DNA of 60,999 nucleotides, filler included, from an uncultured bacterium (GCA_964499705.1; 4 parts of 4 records of this genome joined end to end with filler, not necessarily neighbours in it); one strand, 5' to 3'. Numbered from the whole stretch's first letter, positions 30,645-43,143 are shown. Translations and numbers: made by a program. Notes: generated by a model from the letters alone, not told the origin.

Positions 30645-31066
30645 GATTCCCTGATCTCCTCCTCCCAGAAACTCTTTTCATCATCCGCGAGACGCCACGA
30701 TCGTTTCACGGCGGCGGATCTTTGCTGCACCGATTGAATTATATACGAGTAGAACGGCCATGCCCATTCGAGGTCCGTCGGCGAAGGTTCGGCCGGGTGG
30801 TCCGGATGCGAATGATAGAAACCAAGCACCAGCAGGTTCCGCGCGGCCGTGTCCCTCTCGATCTTCGCCAGCTGCAGAGGATCGACGGTGTAGCGCCGCT
30901 GCCGATTCTCCACGCGCATATTTTCAAGGCGGATCAATTCGGTGACGACGCGGTCCGAACCCGTTTCGCGGCCGATCATCACGCCGACGACTTCCTCGGG
31001 ATACCCCGCTTCGCAGTGGGATTCGATATCCCGGAGGAGAGACGCGGGGACAATGATGGCGCTCAT
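30641..31066 (-). CDS. JAB/JAMM (M67, Mec+-like) metalloprotease
   Basis: YPEEVVG and YHSHPDHPAEPSPTD. Confidence 0.9.
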   Translation of the reverse strand: MSAIIVPASLLRDIESHCEAGYPEEVVGVMIGRETGSDRVVTELIRLENMRVENRQRRYTVDPLQLAKIERDTAARNLLVLGFYHSHPDHPAEPSPTDLEWAWPFYSYIIQSVQQRSAAVKRSWRLADDEKSFWEEEIRES

Positions 31067-31088
31067 TTATTAATCCACGATTCGATCT

Positions 31089-33877
<2,789 letters not shown>

Positions 33878-33977
33878 NNNNNNNNNNNNNNNNNNNNNNN
33901 NNNNNNNNNNNNNNNNNNNNNTTAATTAATTAANNNNNNNNNNNNNNNNNNNNNNNNNNNNNNNNNNNNNNNNNNNN
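33878..33977. other. Artificial contig-join linker
   Basis: N run with TTAATTAATTAA. Confidence 0.97.
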
Positions 33978-34082
33978 CTCTATTTGCCCGCCAGTGTCAT
34001 TCAAGCTTCCGAACTGTTGAAGTTGGGCTAGACTCTCAATATGACATTGACGTTGCAACGCAACTCAGATATTCCATATGTC

Positions 34083-34586
34083 ATGTCCAACAAGCGCGCC
34101 AAGAAGACTCGCAGAAGCGAAATAATCTCCGCTGCGCTTCGAATTATCGAAGCAATCGGTAGAAAACTATTTTCTTCGGGTAATTGCGACGATGATCCGG
34201 ATGGGATCGCGCCGGAGGGGCGTTATATTTATGAATGTTTGCGAGATGCGGTACCACGGGAAGTGAGAATTCGCAATGATTATGACAAAACCATGCGTCT
34301 ATCCCGAAAGGCGGATGACGAATCTAAATATAGGGCGGTAGACGGGTTGAGATGCCTTGGAATTCAGGGATTGATGGACGCTTTGATTGAAGGAGCGTTA
34401 CTGAATTATCGACTCGGAGAAATTCTTGCAGCCAAGGAATCCCAGGAGCACGTTTCCGATTTGGCCCGCGAAGTTCGAGCAATATTGCCGAAACTCAGTC
34501 GGTGCTGGCAAAATCATTTTCCAACTTTGGATAGAAGGATTACCGAACTTCAAAAAAAACTGACCGGGCATGACGAGGAAAGATAG
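34083..34586 (+). CDS. Hypothetical protein (lower-GC patch)
   Basis: 167-codon ORF in AT-richer DNA with no recognisable family. Confidence 0.45.
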   Translation: MSNKRAKKTRRSEIISAALRIIEAIGRKLFSSGNCDDDPDGIAPEGRYIYECLRDAVPREVRIRNDYDKTMRLSRKADDESKYRAVDGLRCLGIQGLMDALIEGALLNYRLGEILAAKESQEHVSDLAREVRAILPKLSRCWQNHFPTLDRRITELQKKLTGHDEER

Positions 34587-34592
34587 CCAGCC

Positions 34593-35387
34593 TCATGCAA
34601 TGGCCATGGCTCGGGAAAATTCGTGCCTCAGCTCTTTTGCGGATAGTAATTCCTTGATGTTCGGGATTCCTAATGTCCGTGACAGGAAGCTTTGCCTGGG
34701 CACTCCATAGGTAAGCGCCGACCCTGCCAGGGGGCATGCAATGCGCGACGCTAACGCCAGTTTCGGCTCGCCGACGAGCAAGGTGACAAGTGCCGGAGTT
34801 GGTCTCTCGGAAACGAATTGCCTGGTAAATGCAAGTAGCCTCTCAAGGTCCTGCGTCGTCCGGCCTTTTAGAGACAGCTTTACCAAATCTGGTTCAAGTT
34901 TGCCTGCCGCCGCCGCCCATCGCCCCAGTTGTTTGGTCGAAGGCATATCAAAAATAGCGTGGTGCGATACTATGACCGTTTTGCCCTGTTCCCTGGCGAG
35001 TCCAATGACCCTCTTTTGGATCTGATCAGCAACCAATTCGATATCGATGGCATCCAAAAATGGAATCATTTTCTCAAAGGCGTCCAGACGATCCGCTTCC
35101 GTTCCGCGATAAGAACCATACTGTACAAACTGCCGAATGGTTCCTATAAGGGCGAGAGAGGGGCATTCCTTGCGCAGTTCTTTAAGTGTGCCGACGATCT
35201 TTGAAAAATCACCCTGCGTGGAATTCATGGAGAGATCCGCACGGAATTCGGCCAGGCGAACGCCCAGCATGACGCTTTTCCGTGCGTCCGCGAGGATCGT
35301 ACGGCGGGTTCCGAAGATGAGGCTGACAATATTCAGGTTACCGTGCCGGAGAAGACAACGACCCAATTTCATCTGATTAGCAGACAT
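34593..35387 (-). CDS. aroD: Type I 3-dehydroquinate dehydratase-like protein
   Basis: AEFRAD, GTIR, DAIDIEL, IVSHH, DLVKL, SRI and LTYG. The usual APGQ motif is absent. Confidence 0.7.
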   Translation of the reverse strand: MSANQMKLGRCLLRHGNLNIVSLIFGTRRTILADARKSVMLGVRLAEFRADLSMNSTQGDFSKIVGTLKELRKECPSLALIGTIRQFVQYGSYRGTEADRLDAFEKMIPFLDAIDIELVADQIQKRVIGLAREQGKTVIVSHHAIFDMPSTKQLGRWAAAAGKLEPDLVKLSLKGRTTQDLERLLAFTRQFVSERPTPALVTLLVGEPKLALASRIACPLAGSALTYGVPRQSFLSRTLGIPNIKELLSAKELRHEFSRAMAIA

Positions 35388-35604
35388 CCAATCCTCCAGG
35401 ATAATTCATTGAAGATGGCATCATATCCTTTGCCCTTTCAGGGCACCATACATAAATATATCGGGTTTCCCCCTGAAAAACAGTGTGAAAAATGTCGTGA
35501 TTCGCAGCGGAAATAATGGCATCCATGGCGTTCCGCGCCGACTAAACCGGTCTTTGGGAAATGGGGTTATAAGAGTGCACGTGCCTATGAACTGGCGTGC
35601 TCCG

Positions 35605-38307
35605 CTACATTCCTATCCCGACGAGGACGCGTCTCTTCTCCTCCAGTTCGCTCACATTTTCTCCGAGCCGCTCCATGAGGAGCGCGATGGCCGCCTGGTC
35701 GCCCGCGGATAATTCGGGTTGCCATGCGCGGCCGGTGACGATCTGGGCCGCGGTGTCGAGCGCCTTCAGGTAGAGATAGGCGTCCCGCACATCTTCCCGG
35801 TCATGCAGCAGCTCGATCACGTCGTTGGAAGCCGACCGGGACTCGATACGGACCAGGGCCGCGAGAAACTCGGCGTCGATGAAGGCGCCCTCGCCGCGCT
35901 TCAGATCGCGGGGCGACGCGCATTCTTTCCGGAGGCGCGTTCGCATCGCGCGAATCGTTTCTCGTTCCGCCGCGCCGAGAGGCTTCGCGAAGAGGAATTC
36001 GTCGATGATGCCCTGCAGTCTTGCGCGAAGCGGCGCCGATCCGCCGACAATCCTGGCCCGCGTCCAGGCGATTCTCTCCCAGATCTCGGCTTCTTCGCGG
36101 ATGTATCGTTCCAACGAGCCCGCCGTGGTGATGGACGGGCTCGTGCGCCCCATGGGCCGGAGGCGCAGATCGACGCGGATTCCGAAGCGTTCGAGCGTTT
36201 TCAGGATCCGGTCGGCCAGCACCGTGTCGCTCTCGCCGCCGGATTTATCGCCGGGAGAATCGTCAGCGATGAGGACGAGATCGAGGTCGGAGACGAACCC
36301 CATATCACCGCCGCCGAATCGTCCCATGCCGATGATCCCGATTCTTTCACCGCCCTCCACGCTGCGCGTCGCTTCATGCAGGAGCAGTTCCGTCAGGACG
36401 GCGAGTTCGCGGCCCGTTCGCATCGCATCGGCCAGGCCCATGAGGAATCGCACTCCGATCCGGAGCCGTTCTTCGGTGGCGATGGCCGCCGCGGCGCGCG
36501 CGCGGCTGGGCGCGATCCGGGCCAGCTCCGCGAAGCGCGCGTGCAGAGCCTCGCGGTCGCGCTGACCTGTCACTCCACCCGGAGCCAGGAGCGCCTCGAG
36601 GTGCGCGGGATCGCGGCAGAGGAGATCGGAGAGCGGCTGCGAGAGGGCGGCGATGTTGACGAGGAGATCGGTCACGGCGGGATAGGCGCCCAGGATCTCA
36701 TAGAGCGTTGCCTTGGCGCCGTAGGTCTCGATGATTCGCGAGAAACGCGAGAGGCCTTGCGCGGGATCCGGAAACGCGGCCAGCGCGGGCAGCCAGTTCG
36801 CCGCGCTCCGGATAAAGTGTCTCCTGATCGCCGATGTCTGTGGATCGGCGTGGCTCGATTTCGCCAGGCGCCGCAATTCCGGAAGCGAGGCCAGCTCGAT
36901 GCCGAGTTCCTCCGCCGCCTGCGCCTGCACGGTCTCGTCCTCCTCCTCGTCCAGCAGGACGAGCAGCCGCTCCTCCACGGGAGTCAGGGAAATTTCGCGC
37001 GAACGGTGGACGCGCCGCTCGTAGAAATCGCGGACGCGGTCCGTCACGGCGAGATACTCATTCCAGAACGCCTCGCCGTCGGCGAATCCAAGGCGGAGCG
37101 CGATGTCCTGGAGCTCCTCCATGCTCTCCGGCAGCAGGTGCGTCTGCCGACCGTCCATCATCTGGAGCCTGTGTTCGATCCTGCGGAGAAAATGATACGC
37201 CGTCACCAGCTCGTCGCGGTCGGACTCGATCATGTAATGGTTTTCGACGAGCGCATCGAGCGCGACGAGAGTCGAAGGCGTGCGAAGAGCATCGCATCGG
37301 CCGCCGTTGGCGAGCTGGAACAGTTGCGTGATGAATTCGATCTCGCGGATTCCGCCGCGTGAGAGCTTGACGTGACGCCGGCCATGCGCGCGGGCCTGCG
37401 CCTCGATGCGCGACTTGATCGCCTCGATCTGATAGATCGCTTCCCGGTCGAGAAAGCGGCGGTAGATGAAAGGCTCCACGGCATGCAGGAATCGCGCGCC
37501 GAGCGCGGCGTCCCCGGCGATGACGCGGGCCTTGATGAGCGCCTGCCGCTCGAATGTCAGGCCCTCCGATTCGTAATACCGCACGGAGGAATCCAGGCTC
37601 CGCACGAGCGGCCCGGTGTTGCCCTCCGGGCGGAGGCGCAGGTCAACGCGGTATCCGACCGGGCCGTGCGCGCGCGCGGAGAGAATATCCACGATCCGCT
37701 CTACCATGCGCGTGTGCCATTCGGGAATGGAGAGCCTGCCACGTTCGCCGCCGGATGTGGATCCGTGAATATCGGCGTCGTCGCGGAAGAGGAAGATGAG
37801 GTCGATATCGGACGAGAAGTTCAGCTCGCGTCCGCCGAGCTTGCCCATGCCGAGGACGGCCAGGCCGGGGAGCTCGTCGTGCTCTTGTCCTTCGCCGGGC
37901 GGGACGCCGTACCGTTTCGTCAATTCGACGCGGGCGATTTCAAACGCGGACTGCGTGGCGTGGTCGGCAATGTCGGAGAGCAGGCGGTAGGTGTCTTTGC
38001 AGGGGACGGTGTCGAGGAGATCGACGACGAGGATGTGAAACAGGGAGAGGGCGAGATTCCTGCGGAGCGCGGCGGCGTCCGGCGGATGAGGATCGGGAAT
38101 GTGCTTCCCGGATTCGAGAATTTCCCAGGCTTCCGGGTAAGCGCGGAGAATGTCGATGGCGAAGCGGGATGATTCGGCGATGCGCACGAGGCGTCGGAGG
38201 AGCGTTTCGTCGACAGTGGGGAAGAGCTCCTCGGGCCCGAGGAGCTTGTCGATCGCGGACCGAACGCGCGCCGGCGCGACCGATTCGCGGATCAGGCGGT
38301 CAAACAC
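35605..38307 (-). CDS. glnE: Glutamine synthetase adenylyltransferase/adenylyl-removing enzyme
   Basis: Two nucleotidyltransferase domains (GKLGGRELNFSSDIDL; GRFGGGDMGFVSDLDL), VDLRLRP twice and GGIREIEF. Confidence 0.92.
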   Translation of the reverse strand: MFDRLIRESVAPARVRSAIDKLLGPEELFPTVDETLLRRLVRIAESSRFAIDILRAYPEAWEILESGKHIPDPHPPDAAALRRNLALSLFHILVVDLLDTVPCKDTYRLLSDIADHATQSAFEIARVELTKRYGVPPGEGQEHDELPGLAVLGMGKLGGRELNFSSDIDLIFLFRDDADIHGSTSGGERGRLSIPEWHTRMVERIVDILSARAHGPVGYRVDLRLRPEGNTGPLVRSLDSSVRYYESEGLTFERQALIKARVIAGDAALGARFLHAVEPFIYRRFLDREAIYQIEAIKSRIEAQARAHGRRHVKLSRGGIREIEFITQLFQLANGGRCDALRTPSTLVALDALVENHYMIESDRDELVTAYHFLRRIEHRLQMMDGRQTHLLPESMEELQDIALRLGFADGEAFWNEYLAVTDRVRDFYERRVHRSREISLTPVEERLLVLLDEEEDETVQAQAAEELGIELASLPELRRLAKSSHADPQTSAIRRHFIRSAANWLPALAAFPDPAQGLSRFSRIIETYGAKATLYEILGAYPAVTDLLVNIAALSQPLSDLLCRDPAHLEALLAPGGVTGQRDREALHARFAELARIAPSRARAAAAIATEERLRIGVRFLMGLADAMRTGRELAVLTELLLHEATRSVEGGERIGIIGMGRFGGGDMGFVSDLDLVLIADDSPGDKSGGESDTVLADRILKTLERFGIRVDLRLRPMGRTSPSITTAGSLERYIREEAEIWERIAWTRARIVGGSAPLRARLQGIIDEFLFAKPLGAAERETIRAMRTRLRKECASPRDLKRGEGAFIDAEFLAALVRIESRSASNDVIELLHDREDVRDAYLYLKALDTAAQIVTGRAWQPELSAGDQAAIALLMERLGENVSELEEKRRVLVGIGM

Positions 38308-38382
38308 GGCGGTGGATCACGGAAATCATGGTTCGAAGTGTAACAATACCAAGCGGACCGCGAAGCGCCAGAAGAAGATAGT

Positions 38383-38410
38383 TTGACATATCATACTAGC
38401 ATTGTATAAT
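38383..38410 (+). promoter_or_regulatory. Consensus sigma-70 promoter upstream of feoB
   Basis: TTGACA (38383-38388)-16 bp-TATAAT (38405-38410). Confidence 0.7.
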
Positions 38411-38452
38411 TAGAACTGATGTTAGCGTACGTGGTCCGGAAGTTGCATATTG

Positions 38453-38469
38453 TTTCAGACATGGTGAAA
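38453..38469. promoter_or_regulatory. Possible metalloregulator operator
   Basis: TTTCA-N7-TGAAA dyad immediately upstream of the feoB start. Assignment to a regulator is inference. Confidence 0.3.
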
Positions 38470-38474
38470 TCAGC

Positions 38475-40607
38475 ATGACACAACCCTCATCACCGGCTTC
38501 GCCGGCACCGTCCGCGGAATCGGCCACGTGGGTGGCACTGGCGGGGAATCCCAACTCGGGCAAGACGACGATCTTCAATGCGCTGACCGGGCTTCGGCAG
38601 AAGGTCGGCAATTATCCCGGTGTGACGGTGGAGAAAAAAGTCGGTTCACTGCCGGCGGGCTCCGACGGCCGGACGGACGGTTCCGGGATCGCGGGAGACA
38701 TCCGGATTCTCGACCTCCCGGGCACATACAGTCTCTCCGTCCGTTCGCCCGACGAGGCGATCGCGCGGGACGTCCTGCTGGGCCGCATCGCCGGCACACC
38801 GGCTCCGGGAATGATCGTCTGCGTCGTCGACGCGGGCAACCTGGAGCGCAATCTCTATCTCGCCAGCCAGCTTTTCGATCTCCGCCGCCCGACGGTTCTT
38901 GTCCTCAACATGATGGATCTGGCCTCGACCTCCGGGATCGAGATCGACGTGCCGCGGCTGCAGGAGGCGCTCGGCGTGCTCGTGGTGCCCACGGTCGGCA
39001 ACAAGGGCATCGGGCTCGATGCGCTCACGAAAACCATCCGCAGGAACCCGCACGCGCCTTCGGAACGACAGTGGAAGATGTCGGACGATCTTGAAGCCGC
39101 GGTCGCGGAACTGGGATCCTGGTTCCAGGAATTCCGCCGCATGGACGCTCCTGCCGCGTTCTCCGAAGCGATGCTCCATATCGGCGGCGACGAAGCCGTG
39201 ATGATGCGCGATGAGGAAGCCCGCGCGATCGTCCGGGGACTTGTCGCGAAGCTCGATGCGCAGGGGAGCGACTGGCGCTCGGAGATGGTCGAAGCGCGCT
39301 ATGCCTGGATCCACCGTGTCATCGGGTATGCCGTGCGCCGCACATCCTCGCCGCAGAGGCAGTTCTCCGACAGGCTCGATGAGGTCCTGACGCATCGGAT
39401 CTGGGGATGGGCCGCTTTCATCGCGGTGATGGCGATGATGTTCTTCACCATATTCACCGTCGCGTCGTACCCGATGGACATGATCGACTCGTCCTTCACC
39501 GTGCTTTCCGACGGCGTCAGGAACGCCCTGCCGCCCGGCGATCTGCGGGATCTCCTCACCGACGGCGTCATCTCCGGAGTCGGAAGCGTCGTCATCTTCC
39601 TGCCGCAGATCCTGATCCTCTTCTTCTTCATCGGCCTGCTGGAGGACACGGGCTACATGCCGCGGGCGGCCTTCATTATCGATCGCATGATGAGCCGGGT
39701 CGGGCTGCACGGCAAGTCGTTCATTCCCCTGCTCTCCTCCTTCGCCTGCGCCATACCCGGGATCATGGCGACGCGGACGATCGAGAGCCGGAAGGATCGG
39801 CTTGTCACGATGCTCGTGGCGCCCCTCATGAGTTGCAGCGCGCGACTTCCCGTGTACGCGGTGATGATCGCCGCGCTGATGCCCGCGTCCGGCGGCGCCT
39901 CCTGGATGCGCGCCGGGATCATGCTGGCGATGTATTTCCTCGGCATGATCGCCGCCTTCGCGATGGCATGGTTCTTCAAGAAGACCTTGTTGAAAGGGGA
40001 GACGCCGGTGCTCATCATGGAGCTCCCGCCTTATCGCCGCCCGTCGATGCGGGCGATTCTTCTGCAGATGTGGGAACGGAGCAGTCTCTTTCTGCAGCGA
40101 GCGGGCACGGTGATCCTGGGACTCTCGATTCTCATCTGGGCGCTCATGACATACCCGAAGACCGATGGCGCCTCGCCGGACATGGCGCTCAATCATAGCA
40201 TCGCGGGGCGGATCGGGCATGTGATCGAGCCGGTCATCGAGCCGCTCGGATTCGACTGGCGGATCGGGATCGGGCTGGTCACGTCCTTCGCGGCGCGCGA
40301 GGTCTTCGTCAGCACGATGGGTATCATCTTCAACGTGGAGAATGCGGACGAGACCTCGGAATCGCTCCTCGATGCCTTTCGAAATGCCCGCTGGCCCGAC
40401 GGAACGCAGCTCTTTTCGCCTCTCGCCTGCGTCAGTGTCATGGTCTTCTACGTCCTCGCGATGCAGTGCCTCAGCACGGTGGCGGTGATGCGGCGGGAGA
40501 CCAACGGCTGGAAGTGGCCGCTCTTCCAGGTCGCCTACATGACGATCCTGGCCTACGCCGGATCGCTCGCTGTTTACCAGGGCGGCAAGCTGTTGGGGTG
40601 GGGCTAG
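38475..40607 (+). CDS. feoB: Ferrous iron transport protein B
   Basis: GNPNSGKTT, VGNYPGVTVE, DLPGTY, NMMD, gate domains, MELPPY and AAREV. Confidence 0.96.
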   Translation: MTQPSSPASPAPSAESATWVALAGNPNSGKTTIFNALTGLRQKVGNYPGVTVEKKVGSLPAGSDGRTDGSGIAGDIRILDLPGTYSLSVRSPDEAIARDVLLGRIAGTPAPGMIVCVVDAGNLERNLYLASQLFDLRRPTVLVLNMMDLASTSGIEIDVPRLQEALGVLVVPTVGNKGIGLDALTKTIRRNPHAPSERQWKMSDDLEAAVAELGSWFQEFRRMDAPAAFSEAMLHIGGDEAVMMRDEEARAIVRGLVAKLDAQGSDWRSEMVEARYAWIHRVIGYAVRRTSSPQRQFSDRLDEVLTHRIWGWAAFIAVMAMMFFTIFTVASYPMDMIDSSFTVLSDGVRNALPPGDLRDLLTDGVISGVGSVVIFLPQILILFFFIGLLEDTGYMPRAAFIIDRMMSRVGLHGKSFIPLLSSFACAIPGIMATRTIESRKDRLVTMLVAPLMSCSARLPVYAVMIAALMPASGGASWMRAGIMLAMYFLGMIAAFAMAWFFKKTLLKGETPVLIMELPPYRRPSMRAILLQMWERSSLFLQRAGTVILGLSILIWALMTYPKTDGASPDMALNHSIAGRIGHVIEPVIEPLGFDWRIGIGLVTSFAAREVFVSTMGIIFNVENADETSESLLDAFRNARWPDGTQLFSPLACVSVMVFYVLAMQCLSTVAVMRRETNGWKWPLFQVAYMTILAYAGSLAVYQGGKLLGWG

Positions 40608-40609
40608 CC

Positions 40610-40810
40610 ATGGCCGAACTCCAATCGATTGCGGCAGCCGCGGTCGTCACGGCGACGGCGGGGATCTTCGCCTGGAGCTTCATCCGGGTTCGTCTGGGGG
40701 TCCATGGCCGCGGCGGACACGCCTGCGGTTGCCGTCTCTGCCCGGGAAAAGCACAGGCCGTGACAAATGTCATTGCGCCGCGTGCGCATACCTCATACGA
40801 TAGTTTGTAA
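40610..40810 (+). CDS. FeoB-associated Cys-rich small membrane protein
   Basis: One TM helix followed by HACGCRLC, directly after feoB. Confidence 0.6.
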   Translation: MAELQSIAAAAVVTATAGIFAWSFIRVRLGVHGRGGHACGCRLCPGKAQAVTNVIAPRAHTSYDSL

Positions 40811-41106
40811 TGTCTAACTCATCTTTGATAGATCGATCTCCGGTCCGCCATACCACGACTCCGGTCCCGGCCGCGCGTGAACGGATGTCGCTCTCCGATG
40901 CGGCCAGCGGCTCGCGCGTCCGGGTCGTCGCCCTGCGCTCCGAACCCTCCGTCTGCCAGCGGCTCCGGGAGCTCGGTTTCTGCGAGCTGGCGGAAGTGTC
41001 CAAGCTCTCTGATGGAATCGGGCTCATCTGCCAGGTCTGCGGCTCCAAGGTCGCGCTCTCTTCCCGGCTCGCCGACGACATCGTCGTCGAACCGCTCCCT
41101 TTCTAG
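40810..41106 (+). CDS. feoA: FeoA domain protein (Cys-containing)
   Basis: SLSDA..G.RVRV...QRLRELGF...KVALS..LA..I.V. Confidence 0.8.
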   Translation: MSNSSLIDRSPVRHTTTPVPAARERMSLSDAASGSRVRVVALRSEPSVCQRLRELGFCELAEVSKLSDGIGLICQVCGSKVALSSRLADDIVVEPLPF

Positions 41107-41111
41107 TTCCC

Positions 41112-41342
41112 CTGCTCTCTCCTCTGTCTCGCCTCACCATCGGCCAGAAAGGCACGGTCCGCGGCATGAACGCGGAGGAAGGACTGAGAAAGCGCCTCAT
41201 GGAGATGGGGCTGGTTCGGGGCACGCCCGTGGAGGTGATCCGCTTTGCGCCCCTCGGAGACCCCGTCGACATCAAGGTGAGGGGATACCATCTCTCGCTG
41301 CGCCTCGCCGAGGCCGAAACGATCGAAGTCGAGACGGAGTAA
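41112..41342 (+). CDS. feoA: Second FeoA domain (no ATG/GTG/TTG at the domain start; possibly reached by -1 frameshift)
   Basis: PLSRLTIGQKGTV...RLMEMGLVRGT.VEVIRFAPLGDP..IKVRGY.LSLR. Stop TAA at 41340-41342. Not in the ORF track. Confidence 0.8.
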   Translation: MLSPLSRLTIGQKGTVRGMNAEEGLRKRLMEMGLVRGTPVEVIRFAPLGDPVDIKVRGYHLSLRLAEAETIEVETE

Positions 41343-41466
41343 TTCCCGGCCTGTCCGGCTCAATCGCGCCTCCCGTCCTTCGCTTGAATAAATTTGCATA
41401 AATATTCCTAAACTCCGCTTCCGACTCCGCCGATCTAGGTTTTATCCAAGGGGCCGGAGGAAGAAT

Positions 41467-41685
41467 ATGAGCGCAGAAAATCTGGAGATTTACTTTCAGG
41501 ACGAGGAACGGGCGAGCGGAGTCATAAGCTCCAAAGGGGAGCGCGTTCCGTGGACCGCGGTCCGGAGCGGCGGTGCCGCATGGTTCATCGTGCTGCACGG
41601 TCATGTCGATACGGAGGATGCGTCGGTGCTGCAGAGTTTTCTGACGGCGATTCGTTCCAGCCTGCAGCTGAAGAAAGCGGCCTGA
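41467..41685 (+). CDS. Small hypothetical protein
   Basis: GGAGG RBS and a 72-aa ORF. Confidence 0.5.
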   Translation: MSAENLEIYFQDEERASGVISSKGERVPWTAVRSGGAAWFIVLHGHVDTEDASVLQSFLTAIRSSLQLKKAA

Positions 41686-41695
41686 GGCTTCTGGG

Positions 41696-41725
41696 AAATC
41701 CTAAATCCTAAATCCTAAATCCTAA
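41696..41725. repeat. Heptamer tandem repeat (AAATCCT)x4
   Basis: Direct reading. Complementary AGGATTT/CGGATTT units follow at about 41750-41763. Confidence 0.85.
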
Positions 41726-41747
41726 CTTTGATTTCCTTCGGGTGACC

Positions 41748-42086
41748 TCAGGATTTCGGATTTGAATTCGCTCCGGCGGCCCATAGCTCGTCGAGGCCGA
41801 AATAGAGCCGGCGCTGCGGCGTGAAGAGGTGCACGACGATATCTCCCGTGTCGATGAGCACCCATCCGGACTTTCCCGTTCCCTCGATCGAGTGACGCGG
41901 CTCCGCTTTCGCGGCCATCCGGACGGTTTCCGCCATCGACTCGATATGGCGATCCGCGTCGCCGGTCGCGATGATGAGCGTATCGGCGAAGGCGGACAAA
42001 GTGCTGACGTCGTACACGCGGATGTCGCGCGCCTTGGCATCCTCCAGGATTCCCGTGACTTTTTCGATCAATGACATCGCGCTCAT
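41748..42086 (-). CDS. rsfS: Ribosome silencing factor
   Basis: KARDI, WVLIDTGDIVVHLF and Y.LDELW. Confidence 0.92.
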   Translation of the reverse strand: MSAMSLIEKVTGILEDAKARDIRVYDVSTLSAFADTLIIATGDADRHIESMAETVRMAAKAEPRHSIEGTGKSGWVLIDTGDIVVHLFTPQRRLYFGLDELWAAGANSNPKS

Positions 42087-42090
42087 GGTA

Positions 42091-43143
42091 TCACAATTGC
42101 CGCATATCGGCGCCCAAAATCACATCGACATCCGCGCCTCCCGATGCGGGCCGATTCTCATGCCGCCCGATTCCCAGCGCTCCGATGACCTCCTGCGCGA
42201 ATTCCGCGGACGAGGATACGACGAGCGTTCCCGCGTAACCGAATCGATCCGCATTCGCGGTTTCGATGACGAGATATCGCGGCGTCGGAAGCCTGAGCGC
42301 GGCGCGCGCCGCAAGGCCCGGTCTTCCGACTCCGTTCAGGATCCTGATTTTCAAGGGGCCGATAACCGTCGTCGCGGGAACGGGTATCGCGGGCGCGCCG
42401 GCTTCAACGGTGGGAGCGACGGCAGCCGTTGCCGATGCCGCCTCCACGGTTCCTGGCCCCTCGACGACGATATCCGTCGGACCAAGGTGCGTGCAGGATG
42501 ACAGGAGTCCCGCCAGTTTTTCCGCGTTCCGTCCCCCTTCTCCCTTCGCGGCTTCATCCAGAGAAGCGTCGAGAAGTTTCGTCAGCTTCACGCCTCCCGC
42601 TGTCAGTTCCGCAGCGCGCGAAGCGATGCCGAGGACGATGGCGCGCATCGAGGCCGTTGTCGAGGAATTGGGGCGGCGATAATACGCTTCCACGCGATCG
42701 GCATCCAGTCTCCGCATTCCCGCGTCGATCCGGACGGGCAGTCCGTCCCTGCCGCGGTATTCGATCGTTTCCGGAATGTTGATGAGAACGCCTCCCATCG
42801 CATCGACAATCCGTTTCATCTCTTCCACTCCGAGAGCCATCTCGAACGCCAGTCCCTTGACAGGACGGGGATCGGCGGTGCCGGCGCGGATGATGGAGAC
42901 GTGTAATCGCCCGGAGGCGACGTCCACGCGGATGTTCTGATCAAGTCCGGTGGTGATGAAGAGGCTGTAGGCATCGGAAACGGCGAGCCGGCCTCCGCTC
43001 GAGAAGAACTTCGCTCCGATGAAGACGACGACGGCCAGGACCGCGATGGCGACGACGAGCCGTACGGCCCGCCGCCGGGATGCTCCACCGACGGTCGTCG
43101 ATCTCCATCGGCGCGACGGCATCTGCTGGCCCAGGACGCTCAC
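42091..43143 (-). CDS. LCP/LytR C-terminal domain membrane protein
   Basis: N-terminal TM helix, VDAMGGV, IRILNGVGRPGLA and DVDVILGAD. Confidence 0.8.
   Translation of the reverse strand: MSVLGQQMPSRRWRSTTVGGASRRRAVRLVVAIAVLAVVVFIGAKFFSSGGRLAVSDAYSLFITTGLDQNIRVDVASGRLHVSIIRAGTADPRPVKGLAFEMALGVEEMKRIVDAMGGVLINIPETIEYRGRDGLPVRIDAGMRRLDADRVEAYYRRPNSSTTASMRAIVLGIASRAAELTAGGVKLTKLLDASLDEAAKGEGGRNAEKLAGLLSSCTHLGPTDIVVEGPGTVEAASATAAVAPTVEAGAPAIPVPATTVIGPLKIRILNGVGRPGLAARAALRLPTPRYLVIETANADRFGYAGTLVVSSSAEFAQEVIGALGIGRHENRPASGGADVDVILGADMRQL

Noticed and set aside
34083-34200. TetR-like first helix (RSEIISAALRII) in the orphan ORF
   Set aside because: The rest of the helix-turn-helix signature is missing.
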